Shown: positions 1 through 10,829 of the stretch, piece by piece
How positions within the stretch are numbered: position 1 is the stretch's first letter
How the letters are laid out: every line of letters begins with the position of its first letter
DNA from: Thermoanaerobaculia bacterium
Lineage (GTDB): Bacteria; Acidobacteriota; Thermoanaerobaculia; UBA5066
DNA length: 64,000 nt
Reading direction: 5' to 3'
NCBI GenBank assembly: GCA_038245905.1
Contig: JBBRRY010000001.1
Span: forward strand, 128,001 to 192,000
Notes under the pieces: generated by a model
Databases searched by the model: none
Told to the model about the DNA's origin: nothing
The model's input: only the letters and a program-made list of their open reading frames with translations
Translations under genes and position numbers: made by a program

Positions 1-731
1 AAACGCTTCGAGAGCGAGTCCACGACCACGACCTCGTCCTCGAATCCCGCAAGCGAGAGGGCACTCACGGTCTTCCGGTTGTCGTAGAGAAACTCCCGGT
101 AGACCTCGTCGGACACGAAGAAGAGGCCGTGATCCCGGCAGAACTCGGCCGTGTGGACGATCTCCTCCTTCGAATAGACGGTCCCGGTCGGGTTGTTCGG
201 ATTGCAGAGGAGGACGAGACGGGTCTTCGGCGTCAGCGCCTTCTCCCACTCGGCGCGAACCGGAAGGTGGAATCCATCCTCACCGCGCGTGACGATGGGC
301 TTGAGCGTGAGGCCCGCCATTTGGGCGAACGAGCGATAGTTCGTGTACAGGGGCTCGACCGTCAGGATTTCGCCGCCGGGATCCGAGCACGCCATGAAGG
401 CGAAAAGCAGCGCCTCGCTGCCGCCCGTCGTCGCGAGAATCTCTCGGGTCTCGAGCGCAATCCCGAGCTTCGCGTAGTACGCGCGAAGGAATGCCAGGTA
501 CTCGGGCGTCCCGTTGGACGGCGAGTAGGCGTAGACCTTGTCCTTCAAGGCGGCGAGCCGGCGCCTCATCGGCTCGGGCGTCTCGAGGTCGGGCTGGCCG
601 ATGTTCAGGTGCAGGACCTTCACCCCGCGCTTCTTCGCCTCTTCCGCCAGCGGCATTAGCTTGCGGATCGGCGAGGCCGGCATGTCGAGGCCGCGCTGGG
701 AGACGCGGGCGGCTGTCTTGGTCGTGCTCAT
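1..731 (-). CDS. PLP-dependent aminotransferase class I/II (runs off the window edge)
   Basis: Manual translation from ATG 731: MSTTKTAARVSQRGLDMPASPIRKL...LNIGQPD...LLCNPNNPTG...SDEVYREF...DSLSKR, the class I/II motifs. Absent from the ORF track because it has no stop in the window. Confidence 0.9.
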   Translation of the reverse strand, partial: MSTTKTAARVSQRGLDMPASPIRKLMPLAEEAKKRGVKVLHLNIGQPDLETPEPMRRRLAALKDKVYAYSPSNGTPEYLAFLRAYYAKLGIALETREILATTGGSEALLFAFMACSDPGGEILTVEPLYTNYRSFAQMAGLTLKPIVTRGEDGFHLPVRAEWEKALTPKTRLVLLCNPNNPTGTVYSKEEIVHTAEFCRDHGLFFVSDEVYREFLYDNRKTVSALSLAGFEDEVVVVDSLSKR

Positions 732-737
732 GGCCCG

Positions 738-1745
738 TCAGGTTAGCAAAAGAACGCCCGCCTCGAGCCCGGCTGCCGAGAGCAGACCAGCGATGTCCGC
801 CGGGACGGGCGCCGTGAAGGTCATTTTCTCGCCCGTGGTCGGGTGCTTCAGCGTGAGTCGCCATGCGTGGAGCGCCTGCCGGGAGAAGGTCTTGCAGGCA
901 TCGGCGAGCGTGACGTCCTTGAGGCCCTTCCAGCGGGGCGATCCATAGACGGGATCGCCGACGACGGGCAGGTTCATCGCCTTCAGGTGCACCCGGATCT
1001 GGTGCGTGCGGCCCGTGACGAGCGTGCACTTCAGGAGCGTGAGGCCGGAACATGAGCCCGAAGATTCGGATAGAATTTCATAAAAAGTGGAAGAGTCGCG
1101 GCCCTCGCTCTTCGAGACCGCCATGCGTTTGCGGTCGGCGGGATCGCGGAGGATCTTGAAGTCGATGCGCCCCTTTCGGAGAGGCGCCTTGCCGTAAACC
1201 ACGGCCAGATATTCCTTTTCAAGGAGTCTTTCCTTCATTGCCCGCCCGAGCACCGCCATCGCCCGCTCAGTCTTCGCGATCACGAGGACGCCCGACGTGT
1301 CCTTGTCCAGCCGGTGAACGAGACCGGGTCGGTCGGCGGGGCCGGCCCAGTCCTTCGAGCGAAAGAGCAGGGCGTTGACGAGAGTGCCGTCCCAGTGGCC
1401 GGCCGCGGGATGCACGACGAGACCGGGGGGCTTGTTCAGAACGAGGATTTCGGAGTCTTCGAAAAGGACGGAGAGCGGGATGTCCTGCGGGACGATTGCG
1501 GTCTTTGGCGGACGCGGCGGCGGCAACTCGATCTCGATTTCGTCTCCGGTTTTCACCTTCTCGGAAGTCTTCCCTGGTCTTTTTCCCGCGATGGTCACGT
1601 TCCCGTTTTCGATCCACTCCTGGATTCTCGTTCGCGAGGCCTCGGGCAGGTCGTTCAGGTGGCGGAGGAGGACGCGGTCGACGCGCTCGCCGGCATCCCC
1701 CCGATCGGCGCGAAAGGCACGCCGAGGCCGGGGCGCGTCGCTCAC
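738..1745 (-). CDS. rluD: RluA/RluD-family 23S rRNA pseudouridine synthase
   Basis: S4-like N-terminus, NKPPGLVVHP, catalytic HRLDKDTSG, TGRTHQIRVH, QALHA. GTG start at 1745 overlaps the lgt stop. Confidence 0.9.
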   Translation of the reverse strand: MSDAPRPRRAFRADRGDAGERVDRVLLRHLNDLPEASRTRIQEWIENGNVTIAGKRPGKTSEKVKTGDEIEIELPPPRPPKTAIVPQDIPLSVLFEDSEILVLNKPPGLVVHPAAGHWDGTLVNALLFRSKDWAGPADRPGLVHRLDKDTSGVLVIAKTERAMAVLGRAMKERLLEKEYLAVVYGKAPLRKGRIDFKILRDPADRKRMAVSKSEGRDSSTFYEILSESSGSCSGLTLLKCTLVTGRTHQIRVHLKAMNLPVVGDPVYGSPRWKGLKDVTLADACKTFSRQALHAWRLTLKHPTTGEKMTFTAPVPADIAGLLSAAGLEAGVLLLT

Positions 1746-2533
1746 GCCGCTCGAACGGCGGCCGGCGCGGGCGCCGTCTTGCGGCGCAGGGCCCAGATCG
1801 CGGCCGCCGTGGCGGCGAGGCACAAGGCGATGAACTGCGAAGTCGACAGAGCACCGAAGACCGAACCGCGCGGATCGCCGCGGAAGATCTCGATCGTGAA
1901 ACGGAGGACCGCGTACCCGAAGAGGTAGCGCACGAACGTCTCCCCGGAGTATCGGCGGCGCTCGAACGCGAGGAGGAGGAGACAGAGGGCGAGAGTGCCG
2001 ACGGCCTCGTAGATCTGCGTGGGATGGAGCGGGACTCCGAGCGGGACGCCGACATTTTCGTTCGCCTTCGGGTCGGAGAAGGTGATCGCCCAGGGCAGGT
2101 CGCAGTGGCGGCCCCAGCAGCAGCCCGCGAGGAGGCAGCCCACGCGGCCCAGGGACTGCCCGAGCGCGATCGACGGCGCCGCGCTGTCGGCGAATGTGAA
2201 GAAGGGGATCCGACGCTTCCGAAGGAGGATCGCCGTGCCCACGACCGCGCCGATCAGGCCGCCGTAGAAGACGCCGCCTGCCCGTGCGAGATCCTTCAGG
2301 CCGTCCCAGGACGACACGTAGTGCGGCCACTCGACGATGACGAGCAGCAGTTTTGCGCCCACGAGACCCGACAGAAGAAGCCAGATTCCGACGTCCGACG
2401 CTGCGTCCAGCGCGATCCCGAACCCGGGCGCCCGCTTTCGGAGGAGCCACAGCGCGGCGAGGAAGGCGAGCGCCATCATCAGGCCGTAGCTCGGCAACGC
2501 GAACGAACCGATGTGGATCAGTTCTGGGTGCAT
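1742..2533 (-). CDS. lgt: Prolipoprotein diacylglyceryl transferase
   Basis: MHPELIHIG...YGLMMALAF, GGVFYGGLIG, GRVGCLLAGCCWG, HPTQIYE, RFTIEIFRGD; follows lspA. Confidence 0.93.
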   Translation of the reverse strand: MHPELIHIGSFALPSYGLMMALAFLAALWLLRKRAPGFGIALDAASDVGIWLLLSGLVGAKLLLVIVEWPHYVSSWDGLKDLARAGGVFYGGLIGAVVGTAILLRKRRIPFFTFADSAAPSIALGQSLGRVGCLLAGCCWGRHCDLPWAITFSDPKANENVGVPLGVPLHPTQIYEAVGTLALCLLLLAFERRRYSGETFVRYLFGYAVLRFTIEIFRGDPRGSVFGALSTSQFIALCLAATAAAIWALRRKTAPAPAAVRAA

Positions 2534-3018
2534 GTCTCGGGCTCTTTCCCCGGATGGCGCCAGATGTCCCAGGCGAGAAGGACGACGCCCACGCTGATGG
2601 CGCTGTCGGCTACGTTGAACGAGGGCCATTCCCAGCGACCCACGTAAAATCGCAGGAAGTCCGTCACCGACTGGAACCGGACCCGGTCGATCAGGTTTCC
2701 GACCGCTCCCCCGAGGACGAGCGCCAGAGCCGTCTGGAGCCGCGTGAGCGTCGCGGGCGAAGAGAGGGACCAGGCGAGAACGGAAAGAAACACGCCGCCG
2801 GCCACTAGCGTCAGGATCGTCGCCCGCGCGGGCGAGCTGAACGACGCAAAAATGCCGAACGCCGCGCCGGGGTTTCGCACGTGCGTCAGGTCGAAGAAGC
2901 CCCGAATCACGGGAATCGTGTCGTGAAGCGGGATGCGCGCCGACACGACCGCCTTCGTGATCTGGTCCAGAACCACGACGGCGATGGAAATTCCGAAATA
3001 GACGAGCCGGCGCGGCAC
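2518..3018 (-). CDS. lspA: Signal peptidase II
   Basis: DQITK, NPGAAFG, GAVGNLIDR, FNVADSAI motifs; downstream of ileS. Confidence 0.95.
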   Translation of the reverse strand: MPRRLVYFGISIAVVVLDQITKAVVSARIPLHDTIPVIRGFFDLTHVRNPGAAFGIFASFSSPARATILTLVAGGVFLSVLAWSLSSPATLTRLQTALALVLGGAVGNLIDRVRFQSVTDFLRFYVGRWEWPSFNVADSAISVGVVLLAWDIWRHPGKEPETCTQN

Positions 3019-3027
3019 GGGAGGATT

Positions 3028-5985
3028 CTACTCCCCGACGACGCGCCGGCAGCGCGCGCAGATTCCGTCGTCTCCGGGCTCGACGTCCTTCCGGACCTGC
3101 CAGCAGCGCGGGCACTTCAGGCCATCGGCGGGGCGGACCGCGAAGATCTCCGTCCCGCCCTCCCGCACGACCGATGGCGTTCCGAAGAGGTCCGCGAGTT
3201 TTTCTTCTGAAAGGGAAAGAATGGCGAGCGCCTCGTCGACCTCGCCGCCCCGGCCCACGACGGGCGTCGCCTGAGAGGCGGAGCCGACCTTTCCTTCCCG
3301 GCGAAGGGGTTCGAGCTGCGCGAGGAAGTTCGCTCGGAGCGCGAGCATCGTCCCCCAGGCCTTCCTCTCATTCACAGAAATCTCCGGTAGCCGGAGGTCG
3401 CTCCAGCTCTTCAGGAAGAGCGCGGACGAATCCCCCGCGTACCCTGGGACGGCCTCCCAGATCTCCTCGGCCGTGAACGGGCAGATCGGCGAGAGCGCAA
3501 GTGCGATCGTCTCGACGAGTTTCCAGGCGGCCGTCTGGGCGGAGCGCCGGACGGAATCGTTCGCCGCGAGGACGTAGAAGGCGTCCTTGCGGACGTCGCA
3601 CCAGAAGGCCGAGAGGTCGATCGTGACGAGGTCCAGGAGCCGGCGCGCGACCGCATGGAACTCGTAGCGCGCGTACGCGTCGCGCGCCTCGGCCGCGAAC
3701 CGGGCCGCGGCGTCGAGCACCCAGCGGTCGAGCGGCTCCATGCTCGCGGCCGGCACCGCATCCGTCGCCGGATCAAAATCGAAGAGGTTCGAGAGGAGGA
3801 AGCGCGCCGTGTTCCGGATCTTCCGGTAGGCCTCGGCGGTGCGCAGCAGGATCTCCTTCGAGAGCGGGTCGTCGCTCGTGTAGTCGAGCGAGGCGACCCA
3901 GAGGCGGATCACGTCCGCGCCGTCCGTCTTGAGGAGCTCCTGCGGCTCGATCGTATTGCCGAGAGACTTCGACATTTTTCGGCCGTCGCCCGCGACGACG
4001 AATCCATGGGTAAGAACGACGTCGTACGGCGCGCGGCCGGTCAGCGCGACGGACGTGAGGAGCGACGACTGGAACCACCCGCGGTGCTGGTCGTGCCCTT
4101 CGAGGTACATGACCGGCACCGGCGGCTGAGAAAGGTACGGATCGGCGAGGCCGTAGTCGCCCGAACGCAACACCGCGGCGTGCGAAACGCCGGAGTCGAA
4201 CCATACGTCGAGGATATCCTTGAGCTTCTCGAACGACGTTCCGCCGCAGCGCGAGCACGCTGGAGAAACAGAAGAGGAAGATTTGCTTAGGAAGTAAGAG
4301 GGAGGGAACGCATCGTCATACCAGGCATTCGCACCGTGCTCTCGGAAAGTACCTCTTACACCTTCAAAGAAATCTTCTCTTTCTTTCTTGTCTTTGTCGG
4401 GTATGTCGCCTACGACCCGCGGGAAGTGGCTGACGACGCCCTTCTCCTTGCAGTCGACGCACCGGAGAAACGTGATCGGCGACCCCCAGCGGCGCTGGCG
4501 GGAGATCGTCCACTCCAGACGGTTGTCCACCATGGCACCGATGCGGTTCTCGCTGTACGACGGGATCCACTCAACATGGCCGCGGATCTCCGACATCGCC
4601 GTCTCGCGGAGCGCCCCGAGGTCGATGAACCATTGATGCGTCGCCCGGAAGATGACCGGGTTCTTGCAGCGCCAGCAATGGGGATAGGAGTGAGGGGATT
4701 TCTTCGAGCTGAGAAGAAGAGCGCCAGACGCTTCTCCCTTCGTCAACTCTTCGAGAACTGCCGCATTCGCGTCGTCGGCAGGCGTCTTCGGTGTGACGAC
4801 GCGCTTTCCCCGAAACTGCTCGGGGGCGTTCGCGTCGAAGTACCCGCCCTCGTCGACCGGGCAGAGCGCCGGGTCGTCTACCTTCTTACCGGCCCGTTTG
4901 ACGACCTCGTAGTCGTCGCGGCCGTGGCCGGGCGCCGTGTGGACGAGGCCCGTGCCGTCCGACGTCGAGACGTGCTCGCCGAGGAGGAACCCGAAATTGT
5001 CGAATGGATCGGACGCGAACGGGCGGGCGTATCGCAATGCGGGCGTTGCCGCGGCAATCGATTCGCCGCTCTTTTTCGAAAGGGGAAGAGGGGTGGCGTC
5101 GCGCCATCCCAGCGCGGCCGTCACTTGCGGCACGAGCGCGTGGGCGACGAGGTAGGCGGCGCCCGGCTCGGATTCCCTTCTCAGAAGAACATATTCGATC
5201 TTCGGACCCAGCGCGATGGCCCTGTTGGCGGGCAACGTCCACGGCGTCGTCGTCCAGACGAGGGCGTAGACGCGCGGCGATCCGACGGCCTCCAGCGCGT
5301 CGCCCCACGTACCCCTCGAAGAAATCTCTTCCACAGGCATTCCGACGTAGATCGACCAGTCCGTCTTGTCTTCGTACTCGATCTCCGCCTCGGCGAGCGC
5401 CGTGCGGTCGTGGACGCACCAGAGGACGGCCTTGAAGCCGAACGAGACGAGGCCCTTCTCGACGAACCGGCCGAACGCCCGCGCGATCTCGGACTGGTAC
5501 GAGAAGTCCATCGTCTTGTACGGTGACTGCCAGGCCCCGAGGACGCCGAGGCGCATGAAGTCGGTCCGCTGGACGTCGATCCACTTCTCCGCGTACGCCC
5601 GGCAGGCGTCGCGGACCGCGACGTCGGTCATCGCGCGCTTCTTCGGGCCCAGCTCCTTGTCGACCTTGATCTCGATCGGCAGGCCGTGGCAGTCCCAGCC
5701 CGGCACATAGGGCGCGTCGAAGCCGGCGAGCGTTTTCGAGCGGACGACGAGATCCTTGAGGATTTTGTTCATCGCCGTCCCCATGTGAATCCGGCCGTTC
5801 GCGTAGGGCGGTCCGTCGTGCAGGAGAAACTGCGGGGCGCCCTTGCGGGCGGCGCGGATGCGGCCGTAGAGGTCCCCGTCCACCCAGCGCGCGAGTCGCG
5901 CGGGCTCCCGCTTCGGGAGGTCCGCTCTCATGGGGAACTCCGTCTGCGGGAGCAGGAGGGTGGATTTCCAGTCGCGTCCGCTCAT
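3028..5985 (-). CDS. ileS: Isoleucine--tRNA ligase
   Basis: [14 protein letters not shown] (HIGH variant), [37 protein letters not shown] and C-terminal CPRC/CARC zinc finger. ATG 5985 chosen; the ORF-track extension is antisense to the next gene. Confidence 0.97.
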   Translation of the reverse strand: MSGRDWKSTLLLPQTEFPMRADLPKREPARLARWVDGDLYGRIRAARKGAPQFLLHDGPPYANGRIHMGTAMNKILKDLVVRSKTLAGFDAPYVPGWDCHGLPIEIKVDKELGPKKRAMTDVAVRDACRAYAEKWIDVQRTDFMRLGVLGAWQSPYKTMDFSYQSEIARAFGRFVEKGLVSFGFKAVLWCVHDRTALAEAEIEYEDKTDWSIYVGMPVEEISSRGTWGDALEAVGSPRVYALVWTTTPWTLPANRAIALGPKIEYVLLRRESEPGAAYLVAHALVPQVTAALGWRDATPLPLSKKSGESIAAATPALRYARPFASDPFDNFGFLLGEHVSTSDGTGLVHTAPGHGRDDYEVVKRAGKKVDDPALCPVDEGGYFDANAPEQFRGKRVVTPKTPADDANAAVLEELTKGEASGALLLSSKKSPHSYPHCWRCKNPVIFRATHQWFIDLGALRETAMSEIRGHVEWIPSYSENRIGAMVDNRLEWTISRQRRWGSPITFLRCVDCKEKGVVSHFPRVVGDIPDKDKKEREDFFEGVRGTFREHGANAWYDDAFPPSYFLSKSSSSVSPACSRCGGTSFEKLKDILDVWFDSGVSHAAVLRSGDYGLADPYLSQPPVPVMYLEGHDQHRGWFQSSLLTSVALTGRAPYDVVLTHGFVVAGDGRKMSKSLGNTIEPQELLKTDGADVIRLWVASLDYTSDDPLSKEILLRTAEAYRKIRNTARFLLSNLFDFDPATDAVPAASMEPLDRWVLDAAARFAAEARDAYARYEFHAVARRLLDLVTIDLSAFWCDVRKDAFYVLAANDSVRRSAQTAAWKLVETIALALSPICPFTAEEIWEAVPGYAGDSSALFLKSWSDLRLPEISVNERKAWGTMLALRANFLAQLEPLRREGKVGSASQATPVVGRGGEVDEALAILSLSEEKLADLFGTPSVVREGGTEIFAVRPADGLKCPRCWQVRKDVEPGDDGICARCRRVVGE
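4271..4387. repeat. Convergent pair of the AT-rich motif inside ileS
   Basis: + GAAGAGGAAGATTTGCTTAGGAAGTAAGAG (4271-4300); - GAAAGAAAGAGAAGATTTCTTTGAAGGTGTAAGAG (4387-4353). Confidence 0.7.
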
Positions 5986-6081
5986 GTGAGCCGCGGAGGT
6001 TACGCGGTCGCCCCGCGCGCGGCAACCCGGCGAGGCACGCGCGGGTTGCTTCCGCGTGGCTTCCTTTACACTCCGGCCCGC

Positions 6082-7026
6082 ATGGTGAAGATCCGCACAG
6101 GCATCGTCGGCTGCGGCTATCTCGGCCGGCACCACGCGCGGATCCTGACCGAGCTCGAAGGTTCGGAGCCCGTCGGCTTCGTCGACGGAGACGACGCCAC
6201 GGCCCGGGCAATCGAAGCCGCGCACGGAGCAAAGGGTCTCGTGAGGAGAAGCTCCGTGAAGGAGCTTCTCGACGCGGGCGCTCGCGCGGTCGTCGTCGCG
6301 TCGCCGACCTCCACGCACGCGGAGGTGGCGGAGGAGCTTCTCGAAGGAGGCGCCGACGTGATGGTCGAAAAGCCCATCACCGTGACGCTCGCGGACGCCG
6401 ACCGGCTCGTCGCCCTCGCACGGGCCAAGGGGCGCGTCCTGCAAGTGGGCCACATCGAGCGTTTCAACCCCGCCGTCGTCGCCGTTCGCCCGCTCGTGAC
6501 CAACGTGAAGTTCATCGAGGCGCACCGGCTCGGGGTGTTCGTGCCGCGCGCTCTCGACGTGGACGTGGTCCTCGACCTCCTCGTGCACGACCTCGACATC
6601 GCGCTCGACCTCGTGGGCCGGCCCGTCACCGAAATTCGGGCAGTCGGCGTTCCGATCCTGAGCGAGAAGATCGACATTGCCTCCGTGCGTCTGTCGTTCG
6701 AAGGCGGCTGCGTCGCGAACCTGACGGCCTCGCGCGTCTCGCAGGAGAAGACCCGAAAGTTCCGGTTCTTCCAGCCCGACTGGTATTTCTCGATCGACAC
6801 GCAGAATCGCGACGTGACGGCCTTCCGTCTCGATCGGCTGAGCGGCCCGCCGCGCATCGTGCCGTGGCCCGTGGCGGTCGAGCCCGCGGACGCGCTCACC
6901 GCCGAGGATGCCGCGTTCCTGAAGGCCTGCGCCGAACGCAGCGAGCCCGAAGTCACGGGAGAAGCCGGCCGCGCGGCGCTGAAGCTCGCTCTCGACATCC
7001 TCGAGGAGATGGGGCGGGGGAGATGA
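6082..7026 (+). CDS. Gfo/Idh/MocA-family oxidoreductase
   Basis: GIVGCGYLG Rossmann fold, [20 protein letters not shown]. Confidence 0.9.
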   Translation: MVKIRTGIVGCGYLGRHHARILTELEGSEPVGFVDGDDATARAIEAAHGAKGLVRRSSVKELLDAGARAVVVASPTSTHAEVAEELLEGGADVMVEKPITVTLADADRLVALARAKGRVLQVGHIERFNPAVVAVRPLVTNVKFIEAHRLGVFVPRALDVDVVLDLLVHDLDIALDLVGRPVTEIRAVGVPILSEKIDIASVRLSFEGGCVANLTASRVSQEKTRKFRFFQPDWYFSIDTQNRDVTAFRLDRLSGPPRIVPWPVAVEPADALTAEDAAFLKACAERSEPEVTGEAGRAALKLALDILEEMGRGR

Positions 7027-7883
7027 CGAAAGAGATTCACCGCATCGGCCTCATCGGAGGATCGGGCCTGTATTCGCTGCCCGGTCTCGAGGTCACCCGC
7101 GAGATCAGGCTTCGGACTCCCTTCGGCTCCCCGTCCGACTCTTTCATTCTAGGAAATCTCTCTTCGGTCCCCGTGGCGTTCCTCGCCCGCCACGGCCGCC
7201 ATCACTTGCTCCTGCCGGGTGAGGTCAACTACCGCGCGAACATCTGGGGCTTCCGGAAGCTTGGCTGCTCGTGGCTGATCTCGGCTTCCGCCTGCGGCTC
7301 GATGAAGGAGGCGTACAAGCCGGCCGACATCGTCCTTCCGGACCAGTTCATCGACCTGACGAAGCACCGGGTCTCGACGTTTTTCGGCGGCGGCTGCGTG
7401 GGTCACGTCTCGTTCGCATACCCGGTCTCGACCGTCCTGCTCGATGCCCTCGCAGCGGCCGCAAAAGTTGAGGGCGCGGTATGTCACGGCGGCGGGACGT
7501 ACCTTTGCATCGAAGGACCCCAGTTTTCCACGAAGGCCGAGTCGTCGCTCTACCGCTCGTGGGGTGTCGACGTGATCGGCATGACGAACGCCACCGAAGC
7601 AAAGCTCTGCCGGGAGGCCGGAATCGGCTACGCCTCCATGGCCCTCGTCACCGACTATGACTGCTGGCACGAGGAGGAGGCCGCCGTCTCGGTGGAGGCC
7701 GTCCTCGCCGTCCTCAAGCAGAACGCGGGCACCGCGAACCGCGTCCTCGCGAACGCCGTGCGGCACCTCGATCCCGATCGGCCGAGCGACTGTGCGGATG
7801 CTCTCGCGTGGGCCGTCCTCACGGCGGAAGAACGCATTTTACCCGCCGCCGCGAGGCGCCTCGCGCTGTTCCTGAAGAAATGA
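7023..7883 (+). CDS. mtnP: S-methyl-5'-thioadenosine phosphorylase
   Basis: [47 protein letters not shown]. Confidence 0.93.
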   Translation: MTKEIHRIGLIGGSGLYSLPGLEVTREIRLRTPFGSPSDSFILGNLSSVPVAFLARHGRHHLLLPGEVNYRANIWGFRKLGCSWLISASACGSMKEAYKPADIVLPDQFIDLTKHRVSTFFGGGCVGHVSFAYPVSTVLLDALAAAAKVEGAVCHGGGTYLCIEGPQFSTKAESSLYRSWGVDVIGMTNATEAKLCREAGIGYASMALVTDYDCWHEEEAAVSVEAVLAVLKQNAGTANRVLANAVRHLDPDRPSDCADALAWAVLTAEERILPAAARRLALFLKK

Positions 7884-7899
7884 AGAAGAAAGAGGTCAG

Positions 7900-8910
7900 A
7901 TGACTGCACGCCGCATCGTCGTCACTGGTTCCGTCGCCTACGACTACCTCATGACGTTCCCGGGGAAATTCCTCGATGTCGTCGTGCCCGACCGAATGGA
8001 CCGACTCTCCGTCTCCTTTCTCGTGGATTCGATGCGGAAAGTGCGGGGTGGGGTAGCCCCGAACATTGCCTACACGCTCGCGCTCCTCGGCCACAGGCCC
8101 GTCATCATGGCAACCGCGGGCGTCGACGCGCTCGACTACAGCCGCTGGCTGGCCGAGCAGGGCGTGGACACCTCGAGTCTCCACATCTGCGACGACCTCT
8201 ACACAGCCTCGTTCTTCGTCTCTACGGACCAATGCCAGAACCAGATCGCGACGTTCTATACGGGGGCCATGGCTCGCGCGGCGACGCTCTCATTCCGCGA
8301 TCTCTCCCTGAGCGCCGTGAGTCTTGCCGTCATTTCGCCGAACGACCCGGAGGCGATGGCGAAGTACGCGAAGGAGTGTCGCGAGCTGCACATCTCCTAT
8401 GTCTACGATCCGAGCCAGCAGGTCGCGCGACTCTCGGGCAGCGACCTCCTCGCCGGGCTGAGAGGCGCCGCCCTCCTGATCGCGAACGAGTACGAGTTCG
8501 GCGTCATCGAGAAGAAGACAGGCCTTTCGGAAGCCCAGATGCTCGACGAGGTGCCCGCCCTGATCGTGACGCGAGGCGCCGAAGGCTCCACGATCGCCCT
8601 CCAGGGCGGACAACCCGAGGCGGCCGCGGGCGCCACCACCTTACGGATCCCGCCGGCCAGCTTGCGCGGTCCCGCAGTCGACCCGACGGGCGTGGGCGAC
8701 GCCTTCCGGGGCGGGCTCCTCGCGGCAAGGCACCTCGGGCTACCGTGGGAGGTTGCGGGCCGGGTCGGCAGCGTCGCCGCCGTCTATACGCTCGAAGCCC
8801 TCGGTCCGCAGCCGGCGCGCTACGCGCTCGCCGACTTCGTCGCCCGCTATCGCGAGAATTTCGGCTTCGAGGGACCTCACGCGCGAGTCGGCGAGCTCCT
8901 GCCACGCTGA
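7900..8910 (+). CDS. PfkB-family carbohydrate kinase (adenosine kinase-like)
   Basis: GSVAYD, GGVAPNIAY, DPSQQ, ANEYE, DPTGVGDAFRGG; adjacent to mtnP. Confidence 0.88.
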   Translation: MTARRIVVTGSVAYDYLMTFPGKFLDVVVPDRMDRLSVSFLVDSMRKVRGGVAPNIAYTLALLGHRPVIMATAGVDALDYSRWLAEQGVDTSSLHICDDLYTASFFVSTDQCQNQIATFYTGAMARAATLSFRDLSLSAVSLAVISPNDPEAMAKYAKECRELHISYVYDPSQQVARLSGSDLLAGLRGAALLIANEYEFGVIEKKTGLSEAQMLDEVPALIVTRGAEGSTIALQGGQPEAAAGATTLRIPPASLRGPAVDPTGVGDAFRGGLLAARHLGLPWEVAGRVGSVAAVYTLEALGPQPARYALADFVARYRENFGFEGPHARVGELLPR

Positions 8911-8932
8911 GGCTGATACAATCTCCGGTCCC

Positions 8933-9430
8933 ATGAACGTGATCGAAGGCCACCTCTCTTCCGCAGGACGCCGATTCGGCATCGTGGCCGCTAGGACGAA
9001 CGACCTCGTGGTGTCGCGCCTCGTCGACGGAGCCCTCGATGCGTTCCGCCGGACCGGCGCAGCCGACCAGGACGTCGTCCTCGTCCGCGCTCCCGGCGCC
9101 TGGGAGATCCCGCTCGTCCTCCGCGATCTCGCACGTTCGGGCAGGTTCGACGCGCTCGTGGCGCTGGGTGCCGTGCTGCGCGGCGGTACGCCGCATTTCG
9201 ACTACGTGGCGGGGGAGACGGCGAAGGGCGTGTTTCAGGTCTCCCTCGAGATCGACCTTCCCGTCGCGTTCGGCGTCCTCACCTGCGATACGCTCGAACA
9301 GGCGCTCGAGCGCTCCGGTGCAAAGGGCGGGAACAAGGGCTTCGAAGCGGCCATGGCCGCCGTCGAGTCCGCGAGCCTTCGCGCGAACCTGAAGCAGGCT
9401 CCCGCCAAGTCTTCGCGCCCCGCGCGCTGA
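8933..9430 (+). CDS. ribH: 6,7-dimethyl-8-ribityllumazine synthase
   Basis: PGAWEIP, LGAVLRGGTPHFDYV, FGVLTCDT, GNKG; ribH-nusB synteny. Confidence 0.96.
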   Translation: MNVIEGHLSSAGRRFGIVAARTNDLVVSRLVDGALDAFRRTGAADQDVVLVRAPGAWEIPLVLRDLARSGRFDALVALGAVLRGGTPHFDYVAGETAKGVFQVSLEIDLPVAFGVLTCDTLEQALERSGAKGGNKGFEAAMAAVESASLRANLKQAPAKSSRPAR

Positions 9431-9452
9431 CGGCCGGGCGAAAGGGACGCGT

Positions 9453-9890
9453 GTGAGCGGCCGCCGGCGGAAGTCCCGAGAGCTGGCGCTTCAGCTCCTC
9501 TATCAGAACGACCTCGCGGGAACGCCGCCCGAGGAGATGTTCACGCGCACCGAGGAATACGTCCTTGCGCGTCCCGAGGTCCAGGAATACGCCCAGCGCC
9601 TCGTCCTGGGGACGCTCGCGAGGCGCGACGAGCTGGACGTGAAACTGTCCGAGCGGTCCGAGCACTGGCGGCTCGGCCGGATGGCGGCGGTCGACCGCAA
9701 TCTCCTCAGGCTCGCCCTCTACGAGCTTCTCTTCGAGGAAGACATTCCGGACGCCGTCGTGATCGACGAAGCCGTCGAGATCGCGAAGAAGTTCTCGACA
9801 CCGTCGTCCGGCCCCTTCGTGAACGGCGTCCTCGACGCGATCCGCCGCGCCACGTTCGGCCCGCGGATTCCCGCCCGAGAGGGCGGCTGA
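9453..9890 (+). CDS. nusB: Transcription antitermination factor NusB
   Basis: RRKSRELALQLLY, DRNLLRLA, IDEAVEIAKKF, FVNGVLD. Confidence 0.96.
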   Translation: MSGRRRKSRELALQLLYQNDLAGTPPEEMFTRTEEYVLARPEVQEYAQRLVLGTLARRDELDVKLSERSEHWRLGRMAAVDRNLLRLALYELLFEEDIPDAVVIDEAVEIAKKFSTPSSGPFVNGVLDAIRRATFGPRIPAREGG

Positions 9891-10792
9891 TGCGGCGCCA
9901 CGCGCCGCTCTGGGTCTTCGCCCTCGCGTGTGCCAGCATCGCCGCCGCGGCCGAGAAGGCTCCGTCTCCGGGGGAATGGGCCCGCTACCGCCTAGAGGGA
10001 GTCGCACCGTGGCGCTATGCGCGCCCCGTGGAGGGCGCCGGATATCGCATCGCTCTCTCCTCGCTGGACGGGCGTTCGCTGGAAGCGCGCGTCGAGGTCG
10101 ACGCGGCCCCGCTCATCTCGGACGCCCCGTTTCCTCCGCCGCCGGCGACCCTCTCTACGGAAGGCCGGGCGGTGCTCGCGGATTCGCTCCCGGAGGATTC
10201 CGAGCTGGATTCGCTATCCCGGCGACTCCTCTCGGACACGAAGACGACGCTCGAGGCCGTCGAGCGCGTGATCGCCTTCACCGCCAATCGCATCCGCTAT
10301 GTGCTGCCGGACGGATCCTCCGAATCCGCGTCGGCCACCCTCCGCTCCCGCCGGGGTTCCTGCGTGGGGCGTTCGCTCCTCGCGGCCGAGCTGCTGCTTC
10401 GGGCTGGGGTTCCCGCCCGGCAGGTCACGGGCATCCTCGCCGCCCGGCGTGCCCGGGAGCTCACGCCCGACTCCCGAAACGTCTTCAACGCGGAGCTCGG
10501 CGGTGTCCGTCATCGCTGGATCGAGGTCTTCGTTCCGGGGCTGGGCTGGGTGCCCTCGGATCCCGGTGGACTCGCGAACACGGTCACGGCGCGGCACCTT
10601 GCGCTCGACCGACAGCCGCCCGCAGGCTTCCACGTGGACAGCGCCGAGCGTTCGGCCGAGATGAAGCGGCCCGTCCTCGAGACGGCCGAAGGTGGCCTGA
10701 CCCTCTACCGCCCGCGGGGCGCGAGCGTCGTGGAGGCCGTCGAGGGCGCGCCCCTCGATCCGCGGGCTCTCGCGGCACGCCCGCGCCGCTGA
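9890..10792 (+). CDS. Secreted transglutaminase-like domain protein
   Basis: Signal peptide; Cys-His-Asp pattern GSCVG / HRWIEVF / WVPSDP. Confidence 0.8.
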   Translation: MRRHAPLWVFALACASIAAAAEKAPSPGEWARYRLEGVAPWRYARPVEGAGYRIALSSLDGRSLEARVEVDAAPLISDAPFPPPPATLSTEGRAVLADSLPEDSELDSLSRRLLSDTKTTLEAVERVIAFTANRIRYVLPDGSSESASATLRSRRGSCVGRSLLAAELLLRAGVPARQVTGILAARRARELTPDSRNVFNAELGGVRHRWIEVFVPGLGWVPSDPGGLANTVTARHLALDRQPPAGFHVDSAERSAEMKRPVLETAEGGLTLYRPRGASVVEAVEGAPLDPRALAARPRR

Positions 10793-10829
10793 CGCGAGGC
10801 CGTCCTTGTCGTTTACACTCGCCGGCTCG

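Noticed and set aside
5775-5790. IleS HIGH motif reads HMGT, a possible mupirocin-resistance variant
   Set aside because: The protein is a type-1 IleS with the C-terminal zinc finger; HIGH variation alone does not support a resistance claim.
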